A stretch of DNA of 64,000 nt from Macrostomum hystrix. Its lineage: Eukaryota > Animalia > Platyhelminthes. The number at the start of each line of letters is the position of its first letter. Position 1 is the stretch's first letter. The stretch spans positions 5,208,001 to 5,272,000 of the forward strand of contig CATNEN010000005.1 of assembly GCA_950097015.1 (NCBI GenBank), in the 5' to 3' direction. Shown piece after piece: positions 37,343 to 49,900 of this stretch. Below the pieces are notes generated by a model. That model was not told the DNA's origin. It did no database searches and worked only from the letters and a program-made list of their open reading frames with translations. The position numbers were made by a program, and so were the translations under genes.

Positions 37343-38053
37343 ATGACGCGCTTCATTTTCGGCACAGCCATTTTTCTGTTCGCAACGTAAGTAAGAAAGA
37401 TAACAACGCTGTATTTAACATACCGATGCATCAGTTGTAAACAATTCGGTCCTCAAACCTAACTAGCTTTATTACGAGCTCCAACTCGTAGCTCCAACAT
37501 CAGCCAACTTCTCACATATTTGGAAGCATGCTTTTTAGCAAAGCAAGTAATTATCCATGGACTGAACAGCCATACGCAGTCTTTGGAAGCGTCGCGCAGT
37601 ACGTCCAGTCTTGCACAAGGGTTGGGGCGCAATTGTAATTTCTTGCTATGTACAGGGTATAATATTGTCAGTGAGTGCCTTTGTGCAGTAAGTTCCTGCA
37701 GGCGCTCGGTTGTTCCAGCAATGCTTAAACTTCCGTCTCAAAACAATTCCCTCAGCATCTCGGTGGGACATTGCAATGACGCCTGCGTGTCGGAGGGTGC
37801 CCAGAAAACAGTGGGCAACAGGTTGTGCGAGTGCGGCTATTCGTACATCCTGGGTGAGCGCAGTCCGGAGCTTCAGTGGATCTGCCGACTGAACGGCTGC
37901 GAGGACTGGAGCGAAGCCGAAGGTCGCATGGTCTTCTACAAGCCGCGCCAGGTTATGCGCCTGCAGGGCGTTCGCTGCCAGTGCGTGGAGGGCACCGACC
38001 CTTATCTGCAGGACGCCAGGACGCTATACCACATTAGGTGCGGCAGCAAGTAG
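37343..38053 (+). CDS. Small Cys-rich secreted protein (2 exons, about 131 aa)
   Basis: Exon 37343-37386 (MTRFIFGTAIFLFA, donor GTAAGT, phase 2) joins exon 37702-38053 (acceptor TTCCTGCAG). The product has a signal peptide and a mature region with 9 Cys. Confidence 0.7.
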
Positions 38054-38499
38054 GAGAGTGGACGCTCTTTCCGCAAACAAACAGTTTGACTTGGGACTCA
38101 TTGGCTACACAGCTCGACAGACTATAGTTGTTTCAATATAAACGACTATTCTAATCCATGCTTCTTGTCAGTGAACTACTGATTTTCCCTTTTTTTAGCC
38201 TCGATAATTTATTCATTATTTCTAAATCAACGTCTCTCTTTTAATCTGGTTAGGTTGATGCGAATATGGTTTAAACAACAGAGAACGACTGTGGGCACAA
38301 TCGAGCAAACAAATGAATATTCGAATATTTCTCATACTCGTATTGTCTTGAACTCGGATAGTAGAGAAGAGTAATTAAATAATGTAACGCTGAGGACCCC
38401 TCACGTCCTCACGCGCTCGCGAAAGATTTGCGAGGAACAAGTTAGAGCCGACGTGGCAGTTTAGGCCAATAGCCTCAAGATCAAAGGTGAAAGTGTTTA

Positions 38500-39250
38500 G
38501 CAGCGTAGTAGTTCGTAGTCCTAATGGGTATCTGAAGTCAGCGCCGGCCTAGACTTGAAGAGTCAGGTCCAGAGTGTCTTTAATTCCTACGTATAGGACC
38601 TCGGTCTTGCTGCCATTGACCAGGAGTCCAACTCGAGCGGCTTCCTCGCAAAGTCTGGTGTGGAAGCACACTAAGCAGCACAGGGATGCTTGCACGTCAG
38701 GGCAATGTCATCAGCAAACGCGAGCGCATCGATAGTGAAAGTTGGATGGCGTGGACTTCCGGGTGACGTTGTACATGTAGAGGTCCTGTCCATGTACAAG
38801 TCGGTGACAGCGGTAGTCAGCGCAGCTGGAACCCCGCAATGGGCCAGCAGCCAGGGAATAACGGAGCGCGCCACCGAGTCAAAAGCTTTCCGAAAGTCCA
38901 CAAAGACGAGTTTCTGAGGAGTCGTGCAGCTTCGATGATGATACGAATGGTAGCCATCTGCTGAATGGTGGTAGATCTAACTGATCTGGAACCCCCTGAA
39001 CACTAAGCAGCACAGGATCAAGGCCAGGGAGCAGGCGATTGCGAACGCAGATAGAGTTGAGGAGCATACAGAGAGTGTATTGGAGAACAATGACGCGCTT
39101 ATTGTCAAAGCATCGGAGCGCGTTGTGGCCAGCGCCTGACGGACTTCAGTGTCAGATATAGGCCCAGTGTTCAGGCCTGCTCGGTTGAAGTCGGGAAGAG
39201 GATCAGGATCTGGTTGCGCAGCGTTGAAGACGCTCTGGCAAAGAGCAAAA
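38500..39250 (-). mobile_element. Degenerate non-LTR retrotransposon RT fragment
   Basis: VDFRKAFDSV and AFADDIAL motifs, with frameshifts and a deletion that removes the QG motif region. Confidence 0.75.
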
Positions 39251-40346
39251 GCGTGCGATTTAACACGATATTAAGGTTGTAAAGCGGGCAGAAAAACAAA
39301 AGCATGAAATTATTTTGACCGAATAATGTGCGATCCCAAGTTGTTTGCACGCTTTTTGTAGATTAACCTGCATTCTTTGTTGACTGATGTCTATCGATTT
39401 ACCATTAGACATAGATTATGTCTGTGGACAAGATAATTAAATATCTATGGACGGTATTAATAACAACGCTTCTTACAAGACGGTCCTTATTGCTTAAGTA
39501 TCGATGCCGTGATTGCACGCAGCTCATTAGCACGTGAGGGGGTAATAAAACATTGTTATTAATTTGTTTTAATTACAGACTTTGAATAGCTGCTTTGCCA
39601 TGTGACGAATGATCCAACATGCAGTCTCCGTGTAGAATATTTAGCCTCAAGCAGCTAATAGCGAGTAGGAGCCAACTCACGGACGACGTGTCTAGTTTCT
39701 GCGGGAAACGGGCGGGAACGGGCGGGAACCTCGCTGAACAGAGAGTGAGCTGTTGAGGCTCAGAAATTATCTCTGGCTTTTCTGTCTCTTAAGTTATTTT
39801 CTCTCGCAGCCTTGTCTGAGACTGCCCTGGTCAGTTTAAACAATAGGCTTAGCGCTGAGAAAGGCAGGTGCAGAGAGTCGGCTTTGTTCGGCGCGAAAAC
39901 AAGCACAGCCAGTGAGCTTTGGGGGTGTGTCTTTAGGGGTAAGGGGTTAGATTATTAATGATCAAAGAATAATTTTCGCCTTAACTAGCTCTAGTTTCCC
40001 GTTGGCAGTTGATTCCTGTGTTTAAGCGCGTGTTGTGAACTCGCATTGCTCAATGTCACGTGCTTCGTCGTCCGGTAAATGAATGTAGAGAAATGTTCAA
40101 CGATTAAGTCAGAGCCGATCATTTGTGCAGCCACCCCCAGAGACCGGATTGATCTGGTTTTCTACCACTGTCTTCAGCTCAAATACTTTTTAACCTAGCT
40201 ATAGAAGTTTTATAAAGCAGGAGGCCACTATAAGAAGTTGCGTGTTAGGCTTTGCGAAATCGAGACACACCCCCGCGGAGCTGCGTCAGGCAAATTTTTG
40301 CTCACAGAAAAAAGAACTCTAAGCGCTTTTTAGAACCAGAAAAACC

Positions 40347-43300
40347 ATGAAAATCTTTGCTCGCGTCCGTGCCGAGTGGCTGACTGTGCCCGTCACCAAG
40401 GAGACGGTTCGCTGGCTTGGCGATGAAGCTGTTCGCAGGTATTGCGCTCTGCAACCAGCTTCGCATGTCAATCGCCCGGAGAAAGTGTTTCAAATTAAAA
40501 AGACCAAGAATGGAGCCATCCTGCATCCGGAGGATAAAATTTCCTCTGTGCTGGTCGACGAAGAATACGTGACAGTTGGTGAGAAAGAAAATATCTAATT
40601 CCGATGACATTTTTACTTTAAATTTCCGTAAAAAGCATAAAGTGATCGGGAACGCTCGACTATATTTCAGTTCTGGAGAGCGACCGTCAGAGCAGCACCA
40701 CCAATGTAAACATTTCAAGTGGCTTCACTTGCGACGGCGAACTACTATACAGCAGCTCCTTGGTGTGAGCAATTCTTTCTTAGAATATAGTATTTTCTTC
40801 ATTCGAACATCTAGCAGGATGATATTCTAAAATATCGCCTTTTCCCAATTCACCATCCAGCTCTGCTCCGCATGTGCACCACACTGAACCAGTGGAATCC
40901 CTGACTCTGGATGGCAACAGCCTGACCACGAAACAGCTAGTTCAACTTGGCCGAGGAAAGTACAAAATCAAGGTAAAGAGCATTATTGAAGGTGTTTGTG
41001 GCAGTTAGATTTCTTGATCTAGTGTGAATCCTGCTTTTTCAGCTTTCTGAAGCGGCTTGGGCAGCCGTTTGCGCGTCTCGTGCTGTTGTTGATGAAATCG
41101 TAGCTACCAACCAGAGTGAGTCAAACAGAAATCTTAGGTTAAACAATCAAGAATCCTATTCGAAACAACACCGAATTAGAAATAAAAAACCAAGAATCGT
41201 AGGAAAAACACTCTAGAATCGTAGCAGAAGCACTCTTGAATCTTAGAAGAAGCACTCTAGAATCTTAGAAGAAGCACTCTAGAATCCTAGGAGAAGCACT
41301 CTAGAATCTTAGAAGAAGCACTCTAGAATCTTAGAAGAAGCACTCTAGAATCTTAGAAGAAGCACTCTAGAATCCTAGGAGAAGCACTCTAGAATCTTAG
41401 AAGAAGCACTCTAGAATCTTAGAAGAAGCACTCTAGAATCCTAGGAGAAGCACTCTAGAATCTTAGAAGAAGCACTCTAGAATCGTAGGAGAAGCACTCT
41501 AGAATCTTAGAAGAAGCACTCTAGAATCCTAGGAGAAGCACTCTAGAATCTTAGAAGAAGCATTCTAGAATCCTAGGAGAAGCACTCTAGAATCTTAGAA
41601 GAAGCACTCTAGAATCTTAGAAGAAGCACTCTAGAATCCTAGGAGAAGCACTCTAGAATCTTAGAAGAAGCACTCTAGAATCTTAGAAGAAGCACTCTAG
41701 AATCCTAGGAGAAGCACTCTAGAATCTTAGGAGAAGCACTCTAGAATCTTAGAAGAAGCACTCTAGAATCTTAGAAGAAGCACTCTAGAATCGTAGGAGA
41801 AGCACTCTAGAATCTTAGAAGAAGCACTCTAGAATCCTAGGAGAAGCACTCTAGAATCTTAGAAGAAGCATTCTAGAATCCTAGGAGAAGCACTCTAGAA
41901 TCTTAGAAGAAGCACTCTAGAATCTTAGAAGAAGCACTCTAGAATCTTAGAAGAAGCACTCTAGAATCCTAGAAGAAGCACTCTAGAATCCTAGGAGAAG
42001 CACTCTAGAATCTTAGAAGAAGCACTCTAGAATCTTAGAAGAAGCACTCTAGAATCCTAGAAGAAGCACTCTAGAATCCTAGGAGAAGCACTCTAGAATC
42101 TTAGAAGAAGCACTCTAGAATCTTAGAAGAAGCACTCTAGAATCCTAGAAGAAGCACTCTAGAATCTTAGAAGAAGCACTCTAGAATCTTAGAAAAAGCA
42201 CTCTAGAATCCTAGGAGAAGCACTCTAGAATCTTAGAAGAAGCACTCATGAATCAAAATAAACAAAACTTCTTTATTTTCGCAGTTGCCTATGGCATAAC
42301 AACGGGATTCGGTCGCTTTGCAAGCATTGTCATTGAGAAGGAAAAACTGCAGGTAAGATACCTGTATGTGGTACCTTGATGTGCTGCGTATCCTGAATCG
42401 AAGCCAAACAAGCAATTTGTTTTTGTTTAGGAGTTGCAAGAGAACCTGATCCGATCTCACGCGGCGGGTGTTGGCAGGCCGCTGTCACCTGAGCGCACCC
42501 GGATGCTGCTATCACTTCGCATCAATGTCCTGGCCAAGGGATTCAGCGGCATCTCCAGAGAGACCCTGCAACAACTGGTGGATGCCTTCAATGCCTCCTG
42601 TCTGCCGTGGGTGCCGGAGCAGGGCACTGTGGGCGCGTCAGGAGATCTGGCGCCACTGAGCCACCTGGCCCTAGGAATGCTGGGTGAGGGCATTATGTGG
42701 AGTCCCAAAAGCGGCTGGGCTGATGCCAGATTTGTCCTGGAGGCCAACGGTCTGACGCCGTTGAAGCTGAAGCCAAAAGAAGGTCTGGCGCTGATCAACG
42801 GAACGCAGCTCATCACTTCGCTCGGAGCTGAGGGTGAGAAAAACTTTGAGCGCCATTCATGCTACTGTTGTTAGTAGTCGTGTCTTAAATGATCAAGACT
42901 GTTATATTTCTTATACAGCTGTTGAACGATCTGAGGCTATTGCACGCCAAGCAGACGTTGTGGCGGCGCTGTCACTGGAGGTTCTGAAGGGCACCAGTCG
43001 CGCATTCGACTCCGACATCCACGCCGTCCGACCTCATCCCGGACAGGTTCAGGTGGCGGGGAGATTTCGAGCTCTGCTGAGCAATCACGTCTTCAGCTCT
43101 GAGATTTCAGCTTCGCATCGGTTTTGCAACAAAGTGCAAGATGCCTACACTCTGCGGTGCTGTCCTCAGGTGCACGGTGTGACGCAAGACACTATCGACT
43201 TCGTGCGCGGCATCATTCTGACGGAGATGAACAGCGCCACGGATAACCCGGTCCGTTGAAACATTTTTTTCAGATTTAGGAGTCCTCCATAGGCAGAGGT

Positions 43301-45781
43301 TACCGTGCCTGCTTTTTTTTAAAGTAACACCTTTGTGTCAGCCGAATGAGCGGAATTGCCTCCTCGCTACAGGCTACGAGTGACAGCCACAAATGATGTG
43401 CTAGTGCCTGTGGCGTAGCCAAGGATTTTGCATAGGGTAGGGAGACGCGCCTCTTGGGGGCGACACTACCACGGGTGAGGGGGTCGGTGGCAGAGCGGTT
43501 GACGCGTTTGCTTCTCGCACCAAGGTCCCTAAGTTCGATTCCACGGCGAGGCCACATTTATTTAGGGCGCAGCCGCGGAGAGAAGGCTTGGGGTCTTGTC
43601 GTGCAAAGTCAGGGCAGATGTACACACGTGTGAGCGTATGCCTGCGTACAGTATCTGTGTGAGTGTGTTCTTAGGAGTCAGTGAGTCCTGAAATTGTTAT
43701 TACTATTATCACGCGCCACTTCTGGGGGTTCCACATAGATCTGTCAGCCGATTAGGGGGGCCGTGGCCCCATCTGTTATGACCGGGGGCAAGTGCCCACA
43801 AGCTTGCAAATATGATTTTTAATTCGTTATCACTCTGGCTGTCTAACGCAAAGATTTCCCCCTAAACGGCCAATCCCCGCAGATGGTGCTGGCTAGTCGT
43901 GGGGAGATCATCTCGGCGGGCAATTTTCACGGTGAATATCCGGCCAAAGTGCTCGACTATCTGGCTATCGGGGTGCACGAGCTGGCCAACATCTCCGAGA
44001 GGCGAACCGAGAGGCTCATGAATCCCAGTAAGTCTCGGTGTTCTCAAAAGTTAAATTCTGCTTATCTAGTCGCTTCTTGAGTTTTCTAGAGCCTCATTAA
44101 ATTATTAAATAGCATCGCACAAGTCAACCTTCAACCCGATTTCAGCGTACAGCGGCCTTCCAGCCTTTCTGGTCAAGGAGGGCGGCCTGAACTCCGGCTT
44201 CATGATCGCTCATTGCACTGCGGCAGCTCTGAGTGAGTTTGCCACGATTCTAAATTGGTTAATTCATTTCGCCTTATAGTCCTATTATGAACTGGAATGT
44301 ATTGACTGCGGCACAATAATGCGTGTGAATTATCCGACTTAGGTTTGGGTTGGCCAACGTTCAGCCCTCAGCGGCCCTCGATTCAGCCTCGATTCAACTA
44401 CGAGCGTATTCAGATCATTATAATAAATAAGATCACCTGTGCGGACTGCCTGTTAGTGATATATGTACACATGCTAACTGCAGTTTTCAAAAATCCACTA
44501 GTCTTTGTTGCGTAAGTCGATGTTGTTTTCTACGTCCGAAATGTCCGATGTCGTTATCTTTAAGAATGGGGAGGTGAATGGCAGAGCGGTTATCGCGTTC
44601 GCCTCACACACCAAGGTCCCCGAGCTCGATTCCTCAATGTCTGCCCCAGACACTGCCTGATAATGAAAAAGTTAGTGCAGAGGTACACACCATATGTCAG
44701 TGTGTTTTGGAGTCATTGGGCAGAACTGCCTCTAGCTGAATGTGGGTCTTGACCTACTTGACTTAGCTGCTTAGCTGGGGGCGTCTTCCGTATGCAGTGG
44801 GGAGGCTTCGCCGCCCATTCCAACTAAAGCTGCGGTGCCGCGCAGGGGGATCCGTTGATGCCGGCGTCACAGCGTGGTCCTACTCCGGAGAATCCAGGAG
44901 GTGGAGAGTCGCTGACACAGTGGCTCTTCTTAGGTAGCAGATGCTCTCAGGCCTGAAAACGTCGGAGAGGTTTGGGCTGAGGCAGGTGAGCCTGAGTTAA
45001 GCCTGTCCTGAGTTAAGGCGGGGCAGTTGCAAATGAAATGCTCCGCATTCTCTACAAGGCAGAGGCAGAGAGGGCACTCCTCACTGCCGATTTTGCCTTG
45101 CATTTAGCGATGCCTAGCGATGGCTGCGGGTCTACTGGCACCACATTATGTGACACAGCCCTCCTGCAAATAGTCATGTAATATGCATGTTACACCTCAA
45201 GAATGAAGTATTTTTATATTAGATACAATATAAAACCATTTGCCTTGGCAGCCTCCGAAAACAAGGTCCTCTGCCATCCGTCAAGCGTGGACTCCTTATC
45301 GACCAGCGCTGGCCAGGAGGACCACGTCAGCATGGGCGGCTTCTCGGCTCGCAAATGTCTTCGCGTAGTGGAACACGTCGAACAGGTTCTGGCCATAGAA
45401 CTTCTAGCCGCCTGCCAAGCGATGGAGTTTCTGCGACCACTGAAGACCACCGCACCGCTCGAGGCTGTCTACCGTCTGGTGCGTGAAAGTGTGCCGGCTT
45501 GGGAGCGCGACCGCTACATGGCGCCAGACATTGTGGCCGCTACAGCTCTGCTGAGAAGCGAGAAAGTCTGGTCAACTGTGGCACCCTACATTGCCGAGTA
45601 CGAGACCTTGGTCACCGACGAGATGCGACCGATGAGTCCAACTGCTTTCTCACTCGGACAGCCGAGGAAGCGGTTGTTGTCAGCTAGTAACGGGTCGCCT
45701 ACGCAGTTCGCGTCGACGGTTGCGGCTCCATCGGCGACGTCAGCAGCGGCCCCAGCCAGCAAGCGATCCAAGCCTCAATAA
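40347..45781 (+). CDS. HAL: Histidine ammonia-lyase (histidase) with N-terminal Par3/HAL domain, 10 exons
   Basis: Exons 40347-40578, 40671-40764, 40861-40972, 41043-41115, 42285-42352, 42431-42833, 42919-43250, 43883-44027, 44146-44232 and 45252-45781 are GT-AG and phase-consistent. Motifs include [11 protein letters not shown]-forming [24 protein letters not shown] and QEDHVSMG. Confidence 0.96.
41200..42248. repeat. 22-bp minisatellite (CTCTAGAATCYTAGRAGAAGCA)n in HAL intron 4
   Basis: About 47 tandem units. Confidence 0.97.
43406..43475 (+). mobile_element. 5' fragment of a CAGTGGCGTAGCC-type MITE-like element
   Basis: GTGGCGTAGCCAAGGATTTT matches the start of the element at 52465. It is interrupted by a SINE A. 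Confidence 0.5.
43476..43710 (+). mobile_element. SINE family A copy (internally deleted) in HAL intron 7
   Basis: Head GGGGGTCGGTGGCAGAGCGG...GTTCGATTCC and an ATT-like tail. Confidence 0.75.
44568..45178 (+). mobile_element. SINE family A head and tail separated by about 350 bp of unrelated GC-rich sequence
   Basis: Head at 44568-44640; tail GGCTGCGGGTCTACTGGCACCA...CCCTCCTGCAA at about 45120-45172. Confidence 0.55.
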
Positions 45782-46903
45782 ACTCTATTGGATAGTTTAA
45801 CAACCGATTAATTTAGAAATTAAGACGGTACTGCAATCAGTCCTTGACCTGGTGAAATTGAGTAGGCTCTACTCTTAATTCAAAGACTTGTTAGTCTCAC
45901 ACTGATTCAGATCGTGTGCTTTAACCATGCTTTAAACTTATAACATTTAAAACCTACTGACGCTTATTACAGCTTTGATGCAGAAACTTTAGGGTGCATG
46001 ACGCTTTTTCCTCGAACGGTTTTCAATCTTTCTTCAACCCGAGCCTAAAATGTTTAAACATTAACTTTGCAGATGCATACATTTTTTATTTCATTCTTTA
46101 AGGTATTTTGTAACTTTTAGCACCTTTTTTTCTCTTCCTTTTTGCTCGTGGTGCTGGTACTTATTTACACAATGAACTTTCCAAACCAAAAGTAAATATA
46201 ATACACCAATGAATTCGATCATAAACTCCACTCTGGGTCAGGTATCACGCAACACTACCATTTTCAGAATTTCACAAGTTATGTTTTACTTTCTCAAGCG
46301 GTTTTCAACGATGGCTTCCCGAATAGTGCAACACTGGTATTTTTATGGCTTATCATTTTCATTTAATAACTAAATCCAATCGATTTTTAATCGAATTGTT
46401 TTGTTTTGAAAAATCGTATTTTGCCGATCCTAACTTCCTCGTACTTTTAATAAAAAACAAAGACTATATGAGAACTTAAACATTATAAAGACATTGTCTA
46501 GTCTTCTAAATGTTATTACACAAATTTGAAATTGGTGTTAGCAAGATGAAAGTTAATTTAGGTGGCACATTTTAGCTGGAGCTGTGCAAAACCTCTGAGT
46601 TTGTTGACAAACAGAAAATCAGAAAAATTCCAATAGTGAATGAAACTGAATAAAAAATCGTTTTTTTAACACGAGCTACAAATTAAACAAAGGACCAGTT
46701 AGAAAAGAACATTTTTTTCAATTAAGTAATAAAACGTTGATACGAGTAGACAGACTTGATGTTTATGAAAAACGTCGATCATGTATCTAAATTACCATTT
46801 TGAACATACATACGTATCATATAAGTATTAACTGTTAAGGGTTGTATTTGGGAAATGAATGAGTAAAATGAAGGGCCCCACCCAAAACAAAACGAAAGCA
46901 GAA

Positions 46904-49900
46904 CTACATTCGCTGTGGCCTGAACGGATCAACTCCCATTAGGGTGCCGCCTCTGAATTTGTAGATGCCAAAGATGACCAGTACGCCCAGGGCGAGACCC
47001 AGAATCACCATGCCGAACCCGACGCCGATGAGAACGCCTGAAAATCATTTTCTTTTATTCGTTTTGTTGCGCTTTGTTGCGTTTGCTGAAAAATACACTA
47101 TACACTACGGAGATGGTTTTTCTCCACTTTCTTTCTGCACATTTTGCACTACGTATTATAATTTCCTAAATATGAGCTAGTTCTAGTAAAGAAAGACATT
47201 TTATTGATAAACTTTTCAGGAATAAAGCTTTGTAAAATTCGTGGGAACAACTTGTAAGAAGAAAAGTTTAATTAAAAGAAGAGTTTTAGATCTGCTTTCA
47301 TTAAAAAGTGTCACTATTTCAATTAGAAAAATGTGAAAATTCCCTATCTCGGCAGTGTTTCTGAGGCGAAAACCAGCCTGCCAATATTTTTTCTAAGAAA
47401 CGTAGTAACCCGTCCTACTACTTCGAGTGGTCCTTGGATTGTAGTTTTCCTATACATTCGAAGCAACTACACGGCTTACATCTCCAATGTGACACCGCGA
47501 AAGATAGAAACAATTCTCAGTTAATAATTCTCAACGCCAGTAAAAAAATGCCGCGATGATGCCGGCCAGCAGACCGGCCAGAAGCAGTCCGATGGCTGCT
47601 CCGGCCACCGCGCCTGGAACATTGCGCAACCGCGGGGAGAACAGAGGGGGGATGGGAGTTGAGGCGGGAACGGTTGAATGACAACGCAGTATTAGCAATA
47701 ATTGCTGACGTCAATCCCAGCCGCGAATTTCCATGAGACGCTTATGTAACAGGTTTTAAGGGTTTTACGGATTTTATGGAATTTTACGGAATTTTACGGA
47801 GTTTTACAAATCTTACGGATTTTACGGATTCTTACGGACTTTTATGGAATTAATCTTTCCGTAGTTTTCTACACCCGAAAACCCGTTAAAATGAAGCGTA
47901 TTCTCAGGAATGCTGCATAGATTAATGTCAGTGGCCTCGCTCAGAAAAATTCCAGTTTGCTTTCGCGCCAAGTCATCTCAGATTTTAGGTTAAGGATATA
48001 ACAAAATATAATTCAAATATTAGATTGGCAGCCAAGGGCAAAAAACATTTCAGTTGTTTCTGCAACAGCTAAACACTTTCAGTGTAAAGCATGAACTAGC
48101 CTTTGAATAAAATTATAATATTTTGATTATAACCCTTTTCTGCCGCGTCTCCAAAGTTAACAAACAGACAGAACACAATTTCATTAAGTTTTCCTCTGAT
48201 AACGGACTTGCGTGAAGCCAACTGAAATATTTCTGGCCCTGCGCTGACATTCGATGCATTTCGATGGAATTTATCTGGGCGGGACGCGCGAAACAAGCAA
48301 GTTTAATTAAATGCATCACATTTGAGTACAGTTTAAAGAAAATCTGACAACGCACCTGCACTGTAGCCAATAGACTTCAGGTTGTTCCTGAAATTCGTTA
48401 AAAAATACTTTTTTTCTCAAATTATTTCGTATCACACACGAAGCTTAACCAAATGTAATCTCTTTTAAATACAACACTCATCGAAATAATATACTTGTGA
48501 GCTTGTTAGAAATCCATAATAATATATGTCGCTTAAAGCGTGAGTGGCAGAGCGATATAACGCGTTTGCCTCTCGCACCAAGCTCACTGAGCTCGACTCC
48601 GCGTCGAGGCCAGATTAGTTTAGCGCGCGGCCGCGGAGAGAAGGCTTGGAGGCTTGTCGTGCAATGCAATTGTCGTGCCCGTGAGGGCCAACCTCCAAGG
48701 CACAGTGAAAGTGTACACTGCCTGACGATGAGAAAGTCGGCAGATGTACACACCTGTGTGAGAGTATGCCTGCGTACAGTATCTGTGAGCGTGTGTGCTC
48801 AGGAGTCGCCGAAATGGGCAGAATTGCCTCTTCGCTGGCTGCAGGTCTACTGTCACCATATGATGTGCCCTCAGCCCTCCTGCAATTATTATTGTTATGA
48901 AGTATGCTTCTACACTCCTTTTTAAATTATTTAAATTTAAAGCAATTAGAAAGTTGCTGTTTTCGCTGGGATCTTCAGAATTTATTCCACCTTAGTAACT
49001 AGCCATTTTAGCTCCCCTCTTCGGGTGGTCCAAACATAATCCCCTCAGGGCAGGCCAACAACCTAGCTAGGCCTATGCAATATAGGTAAATTAAAATTTT
49101 GTTAACGCTATGTCAATGCAACGATGAATACAATAATACTCAATATAGAGATTAAGAGATACAAAATGTCACACAATAAAATAATGGGTAGAGCTGAATA
49201 TCCATTCTCTTCGACCAACTCACGTTCGCTCCTCCATCAGGGCAGCTCCATTGGCGTAGATTGTGTAGTCCTTGCCGTCCACCTTCAGGAAGGTGAAAAT
49301 GTCCTGCTTGCTAATCAGAATGTTGAATGCGGCCTGGATCTCGTTCAGCGGAGTCTCATCAGCATCGGCTGTTCAATTTTGAAAAATGAATTTCATAGAG
49401 TTGAGTTTGGCTTGTAAATTAATTACGAGAGGTGTCGAAAAATTAGTGGATTCAACGTAGCTAAAAGTTGGATTTAGGCTTTCAATGAAAAAATGTCGAA
49501 AAGTTTTACTTTTTTTTTGCACTAACTTCAAGTGACGAAGGCTACAAAAATGGTAAAGCAAGGGTCGGCAAACTGCGGCCCGCTGGCCAGATGCGGCCCT
49601 CGAAGCTCCCAAATCCGGCCCGTTGATCCTTCCAACACCCAGAGTATCCTCTTTCATCTTTCTCCTGTCTCATCTCTCTGCGGTATCGTCTCTCCTGTGT
49701 CTCATCTCTCCCGTGTCTCATCTCTCCCGTGTCTCATCTCTCCCGTGTCTCATCTCTCCCGTGTCTCATCTCTCCCGTGTCTCATCTCTCCCGTGTCTCA
49801 TCTCTCCCGTGTCTCATCCCTCCAGTGTCTCATCTCTCCAGTGTCTCATCTCTCCAGTGTCTCATCTCTCCTGTGTCTCATCCCTCCAGTATCTCATCTC

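Noticed and set aside
44770-44840. HDV-like ribozyme candidate
   Set aside because: P1- and P2-like pairings can be drawn, but P3 and P1.1 cannot be formed convincingly.
47750-47835. Short degenerate 10-bp repeat (GGATTTTAC)
   Set aside because: Too short and decayed to interpret beyond a simple repeat.
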